From Tubulanus polymorphus (taxonomy: Eukaryota > Animalia > Nemertea), in NCBI RefSeq assembly GCF_964204645.1, contig NC_134033.1, forward strand, positions 62,001-126,000: a DNA stretch of 64,000 nt, written 5' to 3'. Shown here piece after piece: positions 25,190 to 40,200 of the stretch (position 1 is its first letter; each line of letters opens with the position of its first letter). The notes below the pieces were generated by a model. It did no database searches and was not told the DNA's origin. It saw only the letters and a list, made by a program, of their open reading frames with translations. The position numbers and the translations under genes are program-made.

Positions 25190-28100
25190 ATTCATCATCT
25201 TTAGAACCATATTTAGGTAGAAAAATCTGTATCTTTCAACCCATCTACTCGAAATAAGTTCAGTTTACCTTAACCTATCATTTCGGATCGAGTCTATCAT
25301 CTTCAGAACCAAATGCAGCCAGAAAATTCTGATTCTTTCCACCTATCTATTTTAAATCAGTTCAATACGCCTTTACTCATCTTTTCAGATTGAATCCATC
25401 ATCTTTAGAACCAAAAGCAGCCAGAAAATTCTGTTTCTTTCCACCTATCTATTTGAAATCAGTTCAATACGCCTTTACTCATCTTTTCAGATTGAATCCA
25501 TCATCTTCAGAACCAAAAGCAGCCAGAAAATTCTTATTCTTTCCACCTATCTATTTGATATCAGTTCAATACACCCAAACCCATCAATTAAGTTATAATT
25601 CATCATCTTTAGAACCATATTTAGCTAGAAAAATCTGTATCTTTCAACCCATCTACACGAAATAAGTTCAGTTTACCTTAACCTATCATTTCGGATCGAG
25701 TCTATCATCTTCAGAACCAAATGCAGCCAGAAAATTCTGATTCTTTCCACCTATCTATTTTAAATCAGTTCAATACGCCTTTACTCATCTTTTCAGATTA
25801 AATCCATCATCTTTAGAACCAAATGCAGCCAGAAAATTCTGATTCTTTCCACCTATCTATTTTAAATCAGTTCAATACGCCTTTACTCATCTTTTCAGAT
25901 TGAATCCATCATCTTTAGAACCAAAAGCAGCCAGAAAATTCTGTTTCTTTCCACCTATCTATTTGAAATCAGTTCAATACGCCTTTACTCATCTTTTCAG
26001 ATTGAATCCATCATCTTCAGAACCAAAAGCAGCCAGAAAATTCTTATTCTTTCCACCTATCTATTTGATATCAGTTCAATACACCCAAACCCATCAATTA
26101 AGTTATAATTCATCATCTTTAGAACCATATTTAGCTAGAAAAATCTGTATCTTTCAACCCATCTACTCGAAATAAGTTCAGTTTACCTTAACCTATCATT
26201 TCGGATCGAGTCTATCATCTTCAGAACCAAATGCAGCCAGAAAATTCTGATTCTTTCCACCTATCTATTTTAAATCAGTTCAATACGCCTTTACTCATCT
26301 TTTCAGATTGAATCCATCATCTTTAGAACCAAAAGCAGCCAGAAAATTCTGTTTCTTTCCACCTATCTATTTGAAATCAGTTCAATACGCCTTTACTCAT
26401 CTTTTCAGATTGAATCCATCATCTTCAGAACCAAAAGCAGCCAGAAAATTCTTATTCTTTCCACCTATCTATTTGATATCAGTTCAATACACCCAAACCC
26501 ATCAATTAAGTTATAATTCATCATCTTTAGAACCATATTTAGCTAGAAAAATCTGTATCTTTCAACCCATCTACTCGAAATAAGTTCAGTTTACCTTAAC
26601 CTATCATTTCGGATCGAGTCTATCATCTTCAGAACCAAATGCAGCCAGAAAATTCTGATTCTTTCCACCTATCTATTTTAAATCAGTTCAATACGCCTTT
26701 ACTCATCTTTTCAGATTAAATCCATCATCTTTAGAACCAAATGCAGCCAGAAAATTCTGATTCTTTCCACCTATCTATTTTAAATCAGTTCAATACGCCT
26801 TTACTCATCTTTTCAGATTGAATCCATCATCTTTAGAACCAAAAGCAGCCAGAAAATTCTGTTTCTTTCCACCTATCTATTTGAAATCAGTTCAATACGC
26901 CTTTACTCATCTTTTCAGATTGAATCCATCATCTTCAGAACCAAAAGCAGCCAGAAAATTCTTATTCTTTCCACCTATCTATTTGATATCAGTTCAATAC
27001 ACCCAAACCCATCAATTAAGTTATAATTCATCATCTTTAGAACCATATTTAGCTAGAAAAATCTGTATCTTTCAACCCATCTACTCGAAATAAGTTCAGT
27101 TTACCTTAACCTATCATTTCGGATCGAGTCTATCATCTTCAGAACCAAATGCAGCCAGAAAATTCTGATTCTTTCCACCTATCTATTTTAAATCAGTTCA
27201 ATACGCCTTTACTCATCTTTTCAGATTGAATCCATCATCTTTAGAACCAAAAGCAGCCAGAAAATTCTGTTTCTTTCCACCTATCTATTTGAAATCAGTT
27301 CAATACGCCTTTACTCATCTTTTCAGATTGAATCCATCATCTTCAGAACCAAAAGCAGCCAGAAAATTCTTATTCTTTCCACCTATCTATTTGATATCAG
27401 TTCAATACACCCAAACCCATCAATTAAGTTATAATTCATCATCTTTAGAACCATATTTAGCTAGAAAAATCTGTATCTTTCAACCCATCTACTCGAAATA
27501 AGTTCAGTTTACCTTAACCTATCATTTCGGATCGAGTCTATCATCTTCAGAACCAAATGCAGCCAGAAAATTCTGATTCTTTCCACCTATCTATTTTAAA
27601 TCAGTTCAATACGCCTTTACTCATCTTTTCAGATTAAATCCATCATCTTTAGAACCAAATGCAGCCAGAAAATTCTGATTCTTTCCACCTATCTATTTTA
27701 AATCAGTTCAATACGCCTTTACTCATCTTTTCAGATTGAATCCATCATCTTTAGAACCAAAAGCAGCCAGAAAATTCTGTTTCTTTCCACCTATCTATTT
27801 GAAATCAGTTCAATACGCCTTTACTCATCTTTTCAGATTGAATCCATCATCTTCAGAACCAAAAGCAGCCAGAAAATTCTTATTCTTTCCACCTATCTAT
27901 TTGATATCAGTTCAATACACCCAAACCCATCAATTAAGTTATAATTCATCATCTTTAGAACCATATTTAGCTAGAAAAATCTGTATCTTTCAACCCATCT
28001 ACTCGAAATAAGTTCAGTTTACCTTAACCTATCATTTCGGATCGAGTCTATCATCTTCAGAACCAAATGCAGCCAGAAAATTCTGATTCTTTCCACCTAT

Positions 28101-28250
28101 CTATTTTAAATCAGTTCAATACGCCTTTACTCATCTTTTCAGATTAAATCCATCATCTTTAGAACCAAATGCAGCCAGAAAATTCTGATTCTTTCCACCT
28201 ATCTATTTTAAATCAGTTCAATACGCCTTTACTCATCTTTTCAGATTGAA
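25190..28250. repeat. 918-bp (9-mer = 5+4) HOR, ~3.3 copies
   Basis: ORF starts 25390/26308/27226 and 25900/26818/27736. Confidence 0.9.
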
Positions 28251-31200
28251 TCCATCATCTTCAGAACCAAAAGCAGCCAGAAAATTCATATTCTTTCCAC
28301 CTATCTATTTGATATCAGTTCAATACACCCAAACCCATCAATTAAGATAGAATTCATCATCTTTAGAACCATATTTAGCTAGAAAAATCTGTATCTTTCA
28401 ACCCATCTACTCGAAATAAGTTCAGTTTACCTTAACCTATCATTTCGGATCGAGTCTATCATCTTCAGAACCAAATGCAGCCAGAAAATTCTGATTCTTT
28501 CCACCTATCTATTTTAAATCAGTTCAATACGCCTTTACTCATCTTTTCAGATTGAATCCATCATCTTTAGAACCAAAAGCAGCCAGAAAATTCTGTTTCT
28601 TTCCACCTATCTATTTGAAATCAGTTCAATACGCCTTTACTCATCTTTACAGATTGAATCCATCATCTTTAGAACCAAGAGCAGCCAGAAAATTCTGTTT
28701 CTTTCCACCTATCTATTTGAAATCAGTTCAATGCGCCTTAACCCATCTTTTCAGATTGATTCCATCATCTTCAGAACACAAAGCAGCCAGAAAATTCTTA
28801 TTCTTTCCACCTATTTATTTTAAATCAGTTCAATAAGCCTTAACCCATCTTTTCAGATTGAATCCATCATCATCTTTAGAACCAAAAGCAGCCAGAAAAT
28901 TCTGTTTCTTTCCACCTATCTATTTGAAATCAGTTCAATACGCCTTTACTCATCTTTTCAGATTGAATCCATCATTTTCAGAACCAAAAGCAGCCAGAAA
29001 ATTCTTATTCTTTCCACCTATCTATTTGATATCAGTTCAATACACCCAAACCCATCAATTAAGATAGAATTCATCATCTTTAGAACCATATTTAGCTAGA
29101 AAAATCTGTATCTTTCAACCCATCTACTCGAAATAAGTTCAGTTTACCTTAACCTATCATTTCGGATCGAGTCTATCATCTTCAGAACCAAATGCAGCCA
29201 GAAAATTCTGATTCTTTCCACCTATCTATTTTAAATCAGTTCAATACGCCTTTACTCATCTTTTCAGATTGAATCCATCATCTTTAGAACCAAAAGCAGC
29301 CAGAAAATTCTGTTTCTTTCCACCTATCTATTTGAAATCAGTTCAATACGCCTTTACTCATCTTTTCAGATTGAATCCATCATCTTTAGAACCAAAAGCA
29401 GCCAGAAAATTCTGTTTCTTTCCACCTATCTATTTGAAATCAGTTCAATACGCCTTTACTCATCTTTTCAGAGTGAATCCATCATCTTTAGAACCAAAAG
29501 CAGCCAGAAAATTCTGTTTCTTTCCACCTATCTATTTGAAATCAGTTCAATACGCCTTTACTCATCTTTTCAGATTGAATCCATCATCTTCAGAACCAAA
29601 AGCAGCCAGAAAATTCTTATTCTTTCCACCTATCTATTTGATATCAGTTCAATACACCCAAACCCATCAATTAAGTTATAATTCATCATCTTTAGAACCA
29701 TATTTAGCTAGAAAAATCTGTATCTTTCAACCCATCTACTCGAAATAAGTTCAGTTTACCTTAACCTATCATTTCGGATCGAGTCTATCATCTTCAGAAC
29801 CAAATGCAGCCAGAAAATTCTGATTCTTTCCACCTATCTATTTGAAATCAGTTCAATACGCCTTAACCCATCTTTTCAGATTGAATCCATCAACTTCAGA
29901 AGCATAAGTAGTCAGAAAATTCTTAATCTTTCAACCAATCTATTAAAAATCAGTTCTGTACATCCTAACCCATCAATTAAGATAGAATTCATCATCTTTA
30001 GAACCATATTTAGCTAGAAAAATCTGTATCTTTCAACCCATCTACTCGAAATAAGTTCAGTTTACCTTAACCTATCATTTCGGATCGAGTCTATCATCTT
30101 CAGAACCAAATGCAGCCAGAAAATTCTGATTCTTTCCACCTATCTATTTTAAATCAGTTCAATACGCCTTTACTCATCTTTTCAGATTAAATCCATCATC
30201 TTTAGAACCAAAAGCAGCCAGAAAATTCTGTTTCTTTCCACCTATCTATTTGAAATCAGTTCAATACGCCTTTACTCATCTTTTCAGATTGAATCCATCA
30301 TCTTCAGAACCAAAAGCAGCCAGAAAATTCTTATTCTTTCCACCTATCTATTTGATATCAGTTCAATACACCCAAACCCATCAATTAAGATAGAATTCAT
30401 CATCTTTAGAACCATATTTAGCTAGAAAAATCTGTATCTTTCACTCGAAATAAGTTCAGTTTACCTTAACCTATCATTTCGGATCGAGTCTATCATCTTC
30501 AGAACCAAATGCAGCCAGAAAATTCTGTTTCTTTCCACCTATCTATTTGAAATCAGTTCAATACGCCTTTACTCATCTTTTCAGATTGAATCCATCATCT
30601 TTAGAACCAAAAGCAGCCAGAAAATTCTGTTTCTTTCCACCTATCTATTTGAAATCAGTTCAATACGCCTTTACTCATCTTTTCAGATTGAATCCATCAT
30701 CTTCAGAACCAAAAGCAGCCAGAAAATTCTTATTCTTTCCACCTATCTATTTGATATCAGTTCAATACACCCAAACCCATCAATTAAGTTATAATTCATC
30801 ATCTTTAGAACCATATTTAGCTAGAAAAATCTGTATCTTTCAACCCATCTACTCGAAATAAGTTCAGTTTACCTTAACCTATCATTTCGGATCGAGTCTA
30901 TCATCTTCAGAACCAAATGCAGCCAGAAAATTCTGATTCTTTCCACCTATCTATTTTAAATCAGTTCAATACGCCTTTACTCATCTTTTCAGATTAAATC
31001 CATCATCTTTAGAACCAAATGCAGCCAGAAAATTCTGATTCTTTCCACCTATCTATTTTAAATCAGTTCAATACGCCTTTACTCATCTTTTCAGATTGAA
31101 TCCATCATCTTCAGAACCAAAAGCAGCCAGAAAATTCATATTCTTTCCACCTATCTATTTGATATCAGTTCAATACACCCAAACCCATCAATTAAGATAG

Positions 31201-34200
31201 AATTCATCATCTTTAGAACCATATTTAGCTAGAAAAATCTGTATCTTTCAACCCATCTACTCGAAATAAGTTCAGTTTACCTTAACCTATCATTTCGGAT
31301 CGAGTCTATCATCTTCAGAACCAAATGCAGCCAGAAAATTCTGATTCTTTCCACCTATCTATTTTAAATCAGTTCAATACGCCTTTACTCATCTTTTCAG
31401 ATTGAATCCATCATCTTTAGAACCAAAAGCAGCCAGAAAATTCTGTTTCTTTCCACCTATCTATTTGAAATCAGTTCAATACGCCTTTACTCATCTTTTC
31501 AGATTGAATCCATCATCTTTAGAACCAAGAGCAGCCAGAAAATTCTGTTTCTTTCCACCTATCTATTTGAAATCAGTTCAATGCGCCTTAACCCATCTTT
31601 TCAGATTGATTCCATCATCTTCAGAACACAAAGCAGCCAGAAAATTCTTATTCTTTCCACCTATTTATTTTAAATCAGTTCAATAAGCCTTAACCCATCT
31701 TTTCAGATTGAATCCATCATCATCTTTAGAACCAAAAGCAGCCAGAAAATTCTGATTCTTTCCACCTATCTATTTGAAATCAGTTCAATACGCCTTTACT
31801 CATCTTTTCAGATTGAATCCATCATCTTCAGAACCAAAAGCAGCCAGAAAATTCTTATTCTTTCCACCTATCTATTTGATATCAGTTCAATACACCCAAA
31901 CCCATCAATTAAGATAGAATTCATCATCTTTAGAACCATATTTAGCTAGAAAAATCTGTATCTTTCAACCCATCAACTCGAAATAAGTTCAGTTTACCTT
32001 AACCTATCATTTCGGATCGAGTCTATCATCTTCAGAACCAAATGCAGCCAGAAAATTCTGATTCTTTCCACCTATCTATTTTAAATCAGTTCAATACGCC
32101 TTTACTCATCTTTTCAGATTGAATCCATCATCTTTAGAACCAAAAGCAGCCAGAAAATTCTGTTTCTTTCCACCTATCTATTTGAAATCAGTTCAATACG
32201 CCTTTACTCATCTTTTCAGATTGAATCCATCATCTTTAGAACCAAAAGCAGCCAGAAAATTCTGTTTCTTTCCACCTATCTATTTGAAATCAGTTCAATA
32301 CGCCTTTACTCATCTTTTCAGATTGAATCCATCATCTTCAGAACCAAAAGCAGCCAGAAAATTCTTATTCTTTCCACCTATCTATTTGATATCAGTTCAA
32401 TACACCCAAACCCATCAATTAAGTTATAATTCATCATCTTTAGAACCATATTTAGCTAGAAAAATCTGTATCTTTCAACCCATCTACTCGAAATAAGTTC
32501 AGTTTACCTTAACCTATCATTTCGGATCGAGTCTATCATCTTCAGAACCAAATGCAGCCAGAAAATTCTGATTCTTTCCACCTATCTATTTGAAATCAGT
32601 TCAATACGCCTTAACCCATCTTTTCAGATTGAATCCATCAACTTCAGAAGCATAAGTAGTCAGAAAATTCTTAATCTTTCAACCAATCTATTAAAAATCA
32701 GTTCTGTACATCCTAACCCGTCAATTAAGATAGAATTCATCATCTTTAGAACCATATTTAGCTAGAAAAATCTGTATCTTTCAACCCATCTACTCGAAAT
32801 AAGTTCAGTTTACCTTAACCTATCATTTCGGATCGAGTCTATCATCTTCAGAACCAAATGCAGCCAGAAAATTCTGATTCTTTCCACCTATCTATTTTAA
32901 ATCAGTTCAATACGCCTTTACTCATCTTTTCAGATTAAATCCATCATCTTTAGAACCAAAAGCAGCCAGAAAATTCTGTTTCTTTCCACCTATCTATTTG
33001 AAATCAGTTCAATACGCCTTTACTCATCTTTTCAGATTGAATCCATCATCTTCAGAACCAAAAGCAGCCAGAAAATTCTTATTCTTTCCACCTATCTATT
33101 TGATATCAGTTCAATACACCCAAACCCATCAATTAAGATAGAATTCATCATCTTTAGAACCATATTTAGCTAGAAAAATCTGTATCTTTCACTCGTAATA
33201 AGTTCAGTTTACCTTAACCTATCATTTCGGATCGAGTCTATCATCTTCAGAACCAAATGCAGCCAGAAAATTCTGTTTCTTTCCACCTATCTATTTGAAA
33301 TCAGTTCAATACGCCTTTACTCATCTTTTCAGATTGAATCCATCATCTTTAGAACCAAAAGCAGCCAGAAAATTCTGTTTCTTTCCACCTATCTATTTGA
33401 AATCAGTTCAATAAGCCTTAACCCATCTTTTCACATTGATCCATCATCTTTAGAAACAAAAGCAGCCAGAAAATTCGGTTTCTTTCCACCTATCTATTTG
33501 AAATCAGTTCAATACGCCCTAACCCATCTTTTCAGATTGAATCCATCATCTTTAGAACCAAAAGAAGCCAGAAAAGTCTGTTTCTTTCCACCTATCTATT
33601 TGAAATCAGTTCAATACGCCTTTACTCATCTTTTCAGATTGAATCCATCATCTTTAGAACCAAGAGCAGCCAGAAAATTCTGTTTCTTTCCACCTATCTA
33701 TTTGAAATCAGTTCAATGCGCCTTAACCCATCTTTTCAGATTGATTCCATCATCTTCAGAACCAAAAGCAGCCAGAAAATTCTTATTCTTTCCACCTATT
33801 TATTTGAAATCAGTTCAATAAGCCTTAACCCATCTTTTCAGATTGAATCCATCATCATCTTTAGAACCAAAAGCAGCCAGAAAATTCTGTTTCTTTCCAC
33901 CTATCTATTTGAAATCAGTTCAATACGCCTTTACTCATCTTTTCAGATTGAATCCATCATCTTCAGAACCAAAAGCAGCCAGAAAATTCTTATTCTTTCC
34001 ACCTATCTATTTGATATCAGTTCAATACACCCAAACCCATCAATTAAGATAGAATTCATCATCTTTAGAACCATATTTAGCTAGAAAAATCTGTATCTTT
34101 CAACCCATCAACTCGAAATAAGTTCAGTTTACCTTAACCTATCATTTCGGATCGAGTCTATCATCTTCAGAACCAAATGCAGCCAGAAAATTCTGATTCT

Positions 34201-37200
34201 TTCCACCTATCTATTTGAAATCAGTTCAATACGCCTTTACTCATCTTTTCAGATTGAATCCATCATCTTTAGAACCAAAAGCAGCCAGAAAATTCTGTTT
34301 CTTTCCACCTATCTATTTGAAATCAGTTCAATACGCCTTTACTCATCTTTTCAGATTGAATCCATCATCTTTAGAACCAAAAGCAGCCAGAAAATTCTGT
34401 TTCTTTCCACCTATCTATTTGAAATCAGTTCAATACGCCTTTACTCATCTTTTCAGATTGAATCCATCATCTTCAGAACCAAAAGCAGCCAGAAAATTCT
34501 TATTCTTTCCACCTATCTATTTGATATCAGTTCAATACACCCAAACCCATCAATTAAGTTATAATTCATCGTCTTTAGAACCATATTTAGCTAGAAAAAT
34601 CTGTATCTTTCAACCCATCAACTCGAAATAAGTTCAGTTTACCTTAACCTATCATTTCGGATCGAGTCTATCATCTTCAGAACCAAATGCAGCCAGAAAA
34701 TTCTGATTCTTTCCACCTATCTATTTTAAATCAGTTCAATACGCCTTTACTCATCTTTTCAGATTGAATCCATCATCTTTAGAACCAAAAGCAGCCAGAA
34801 AATTCTGTTTCTTTCCACCTATCTATTTGAAATCAGTTCAATACGCCTTTACTCATCTTTTCAGATTGAATCCATCATCTTCAGAACCAAAAGCAGCCAG
34901 AAAATTCTTATTCTTTCCACCTATCTATTTGATATCAGTTCAATACACCCAAACCCATCAATTAAGTTATAATTCATCATCTTTAGAACCATATTTAGCT
35001 AGAAAAATCTGTATCTTTCAACCCATCTACTCGAAATAAGTTCAGTTTACCTTAACCTATCATTTCGGATCGAGTCTATCATCTTCAGAACCAAATGCAG
35101 CCAGAAAATTCTGATTCTTTCCACCTATCTATTTGAAATCAGTTCAATACGCCTTAACCCATCTTTTCAGATTGAATCCATCAACTTCAGAAGCATAAGT
35201 AGTCAGAAAATTCTTAATCTTTCAACCAATCTATTAAAAATCAGTTCTGTACATCCTAACCCATCAATTAAGATAGAACTCATCATCTTTAGAACCATAT
35301 TTAGCTAGAAAAATCTGTATCTTTCAACCCATCTACTCGAAATAAGTTCAGTTTACCTTAACCTATCATTTCGGATCGAGTCTATCATCTTCAGAACCAA
35401 ATGCAGCCAGAAAATTCTGATTCTTTCCACCTATCTATTTTAAATCAGTTCAATACGCCTTTACTCATCTTTTCAGATTAAATCCATCATCTTTAGAACC
35501 AAATGCAGCCAGAAAATTCTGATTCTTTCCACCTATCTATTTTAAATCAGTTCAATACGCCTTTACTCATCTTTTCAGATTGAATCCATCATCTTTAGAA
35601 CCAAAAGCAGCCAGAAAATTCTGTTTCTTTCCACCTATCTATTTGAAATCAGTTCAATACGCCTTTACTCATCTTTTCAGATTGAATCCATCATCTTCAG
35701 AACCAAAAGCAGCCAGAAAATTCTTATTCTTTCCACCTATCTATTTGATATCAGTTCAATACACCCAAACCCATCAATTAAGTTATAATTCATCATCTTT
35801 AGAACCATATTTAGCTAGAAAAATCTGTATCTTTCAACCCATCTACTCGAAATAAGTTCAGTTTACCTTAACCTATCATTTCGGATCGAGTCTATCATCT
35901 TCAGAACCAAATGCAGCCAGAAAATTCTGATTCTTTCCACCTATCTATTTTAAATCAGTTCAATACGCCTTTACTCATCTTTTCAGATTGAATCCATCAT
36001 CTTTAGAACCAAAAGCAGCCAGAAAATTCTGTTTCTTTCCACCTATCTATTTGAAATCAGTTCAATACGCCTTTACTCATCTTTTCAGATTGAATCCATC
36101 ATCTTCAGAACCAAAAGCAGCCAGAAAATTCTTATTCTTTCCACCTATCTATTTGATATCAGTTCAATACACCCAAACCCATCAATTAAGTTATAATTCA
36201 TCATCTTTAGAACCATATTTAGCTAGAAAAATCTGTATCTTTCAACCCATCTACTCGAAATAAGTTCAGTTTACCTTAACCTATCATTTCGGATCGAGTC
36301 TATCATCTTCAGAACCAAATGCAGCCAGAAAATTCTGATTCTTTCCACCTATCTATTTTAAATCAGTTCAATACGCCTTTACTCATCTTTTCAGATTAAA
36401 TCCATCATCTTTAGAACCAAATGCAGCCAGAAAATTCTGATTCTTTCCACCTATCTATTTTAAATCAGTTCAATACGCCTTTACTCATCTTTTCAGATTG
36501 AATCCATCATCTTTAGAACCAAAAGCAGCCAGAAAATTCTGTTTCTTTCCACCTATCTATTTGAAATCAGTTCAATACGCCTTTACTCATCTTTTGAGAT
36601 TGAATCCATCATCTTCAGAACCAAAAGCAGCCAGAAAATTCTTATTCTTTCCACCTATCTATTTGATATCAGTTCAATACACCCAAACCCATCAATTAAG
36701 TTATAATTCATCATCTTTAGAACCATATTTAGCTAGAAAAATCTGTATCTTTCAACCCATCTACTCGAAATAAGTTCAGTTTACCTTAACCTATCATTTC
36801 GGATCGAGTCTATCATCTTCAGAACCAAATGCAGCCAGAAAATTCTGATTCTTTCCACCTATCTATTTTAAATCAGTTCAATACGCCTTTACTCATCTTT
36901 TCAGATTAAATCCATCATCTTTAGAACCAAATGCAGCCAGAAAATTCTGATTCTTTCCACCTATCTATTTTAAATCAGTTCAATACGCCTTTACTCATCT
37001 TTTCAGATTGAATCCATCATCTTCAGAACCAAAAGCAGCCAGAAAATTCATATTCTTTCCACCTATCTATTTGATATCAGTTCAATACACCCAAACCCAT
37101 CAATTAAGATAGAATTCATCATCTTTAGAACCATATTTAGCTAGAAAAATCTGTATCTTTCAACCCATCTACTCGAAATAAGTTCAGTTTACCTTAACCT

Positions 37201-40200
37201 ATCATTTCGGATCGAGTCTATCATCTTCAGAACCAAATGCAGCCAGAAAATTCTGATTCTTTCCACCTATCTATTTTAAATCAGTTCAATACGCCTTTAC
37301 TCATCTTTTCAGATTGAATCCATCATCTTTAGAACCAAAAGCAGCCAGAAAATTCTGTTTCTTTCCACCTATCTATTTGAAATCAGTTCAATACGCCTTT
37401 ACTCATCTTTTCAGATTGAATCCATCATCTTTAGAACCAAGAGCAGCCAGAAAATTCTGTTTCTTTCCACCTATCTATTTGAAATCAGTTCAATGCGCCT
37501 TAACCCATCTTTTCAGATTGATTCCATCATCTTCAGAACACAAAGCAGCCAGAAAATTCTTATTCTTTCCACCTATTTATTTTAAATCAGTTCAATAAGC
37601 CTTAACCCATCTTTTCAGATTGAATCCATCATCATCTTTAGAACCAAAAGCAGCCAGAAAATTCTGTTTCTTTCCACCTATCTATTTGAAATCAGTTCAA
37701 TACGCCTTTACTCATCTTTTCAGATTGAATCCATCATCTTCAGAACCAAAAGCAGCCAGAAAATTCTTATTCTTTCCACCTATCTATTTGATATCAGTTC
37801 AATACACCCAAACCCATCAATTAAGATAGAATTCATCATCTTTAGAACCATATTTAGCTAGAAAAATCTGTATCTTTCAACCCATCAACTCGAAATAAGT
37901 TCAGTTTACCTTAACCTATCAGTTCGGATCGAGTCTATCATCTTCAGAACCAAATGCAGCCAGAAAATTCTGATTCTTTCCACCTATCTATTTTAAATCA
38001 GTTCAATACGCCTTTACTCATCTTTTCAGATTGAATCCATCATCTTTAGAACCAAAAGCAGCCAGAAAATTCTGTTTCTTTCCACCTATCTATTTGAAAT
38101 CAGTTCAATACGCCTTTACTCATCTTTTCAGATTGAATCCATCATCTTTAGAACCAAAAGCAGCCAGAAAATTCTGTTTCTTTCCACCTATCTATTTGAA
38201 ATCAGTTCAATACGCCTTTACTCATCTTTTCAGATTGAATCCATCATCTTTAGAACCAAAAGCAGCCAGAAAATTCTGTTTCTTTCCACCTATCTATTTG
38301 AAATCAGTTCAATACGCCTTTACTCATCTTTTCAGATTGAATCCATCATCTTCAGAACCAAAAGCAGCCAGAAAATTCTTATTCTTTCCACCTATCTATT
38401 TGATATCAGTTCAATACACCCAAACCCATCAATTAAGTTATAATTCATCATCTTTAGAACCATATTTAGCTAGAAAAATCTGTATCTTTCAACCCATCTA
38501 CTCGAAATAAGTTCAGTTTACCTTAACCTATCATTTCGGATCGAGTCTATCATCTTCAGAACCAAATGCAGCCAGAAAATTCTGATTCTTTCCACCTATC
38601 TATTTGAAATCAGTTCAATACGCCTTAACCCATCTTTTCAGATTGAATCCATCAACTTCAGAAGCATAAGTAGTCAGAAAATTCTTAATCTTTCAACCAA
38701 TCTATTAAAAATCAGTTCTGTACATCCTAACCCATCAATTAAGATAGAATTCATCATCTTTAGAACCATATTTAGCTAGAAAAATCTGTATCTTTCAACC
38801 CATCTACTCGAAATAAGTTCAGTTTACCTTAACCTATCATTTCGGATCGAGTCTATCATCTTCAGAACCAAATGCAGCCAGAAAATTCTGATTCTTTCCA
38901 CCTATCTATTTTAAATCAGTTCAATACGCCTTTACTCATCTTTTCAGATTAAATCCATCATCTTTAGAACCAAAAGCAGCCAGAAAATTCTGTTTCTTTC
39001 CACCTATCTATTTGAAATCAGTTCAATACGCCTTTACTCATCTTTTCAGATTGAATCCATCATCTTCAGAACCAAAAGCAGCCAGAAAATTCTTATTCTT
39101 TCCACCTATCTATTTGATATCAGTTCAATACACCCAAACCCATCAATTAAGATAGAATTCATCATCTTTAGAACCATATTTAGCTAGAAAAATCTGTATC
39201 TTTCACTCGAAATAAGTTCAGTTTACCTTAACCTATCATTTCGGATCGAGTCTATCATCTTCAGAACCAAATGCAGCCAGAAAATTCTGTTTCTTTCCAC
39301 CTATCTATTTGAAATCAGTTCAATACGCCTTTACTCATCTTTTCAGATTGAATCCATCATCTTTAGAACCAAAAGCAGCCAGAAAATTCTGTTTCTTTCC
39401 ACCTATCTATTTGAAATCAGTTCAATACGCCTTTACTCATCTTTTCAGATTGAATCCATCATCTTCAGAACCAAAAGCAGCCAGAAAATTCTTATTCTTT
39501 CCACCTATCTATTTGATATCAGTTCAATACACCCAAACCCATCAATTAAGTTATAATTCATCATCTTTAGAACCATATTTAGCTAGAAAAATCTGTATCT
39601 TTCAACCCATCTACTCGAAATAAGTTCAGTTTACCTTAACCTATCATTTCGGATCGAGTCTATCATCTTCAGAACCAAATGCAGCCAGAAAATTCTGATT
39701 CTTTCCACCTATCTATTTTAAATCAGTTCAATACGCCTTTACTCATCTTTTCAGATTAAATCCATCATCTTTAGAACCAAATGCAGCCAGAAAATTCTGA
39801 TTCTTTCCACCTATCTATTTTAAATCAGTTCAATACGCCTTTACTCATCTTTTCAGATTGAATCCATCATCTTCAGAACCAAAAGCAGCCAGAAAATTCA
39901 TATTCTTTCCACCTATCTATTTGATATCAGTTCAATACACCCAAACCCATCAATTAAGATAGAATTCATCATCTTTAGAACCATATTTAGCTAGAAAAAT
40001 CTGTATCTTTCAACCCATCTACTCGAAATAAGTTCAGTTTACCTTAACCTATCATTTCGGATCGAGTCTATCATCTTCAGAACCAAATGCAGCCAGAAAA
40101 TTCTGATTCTTTCCACCTATCTATTTTAAATCAGTTCAATACGCCTTTACTCATCTTTTCAGATTGAATCCATCATCTTTAGAACCAAAAGCAGCCAGAA

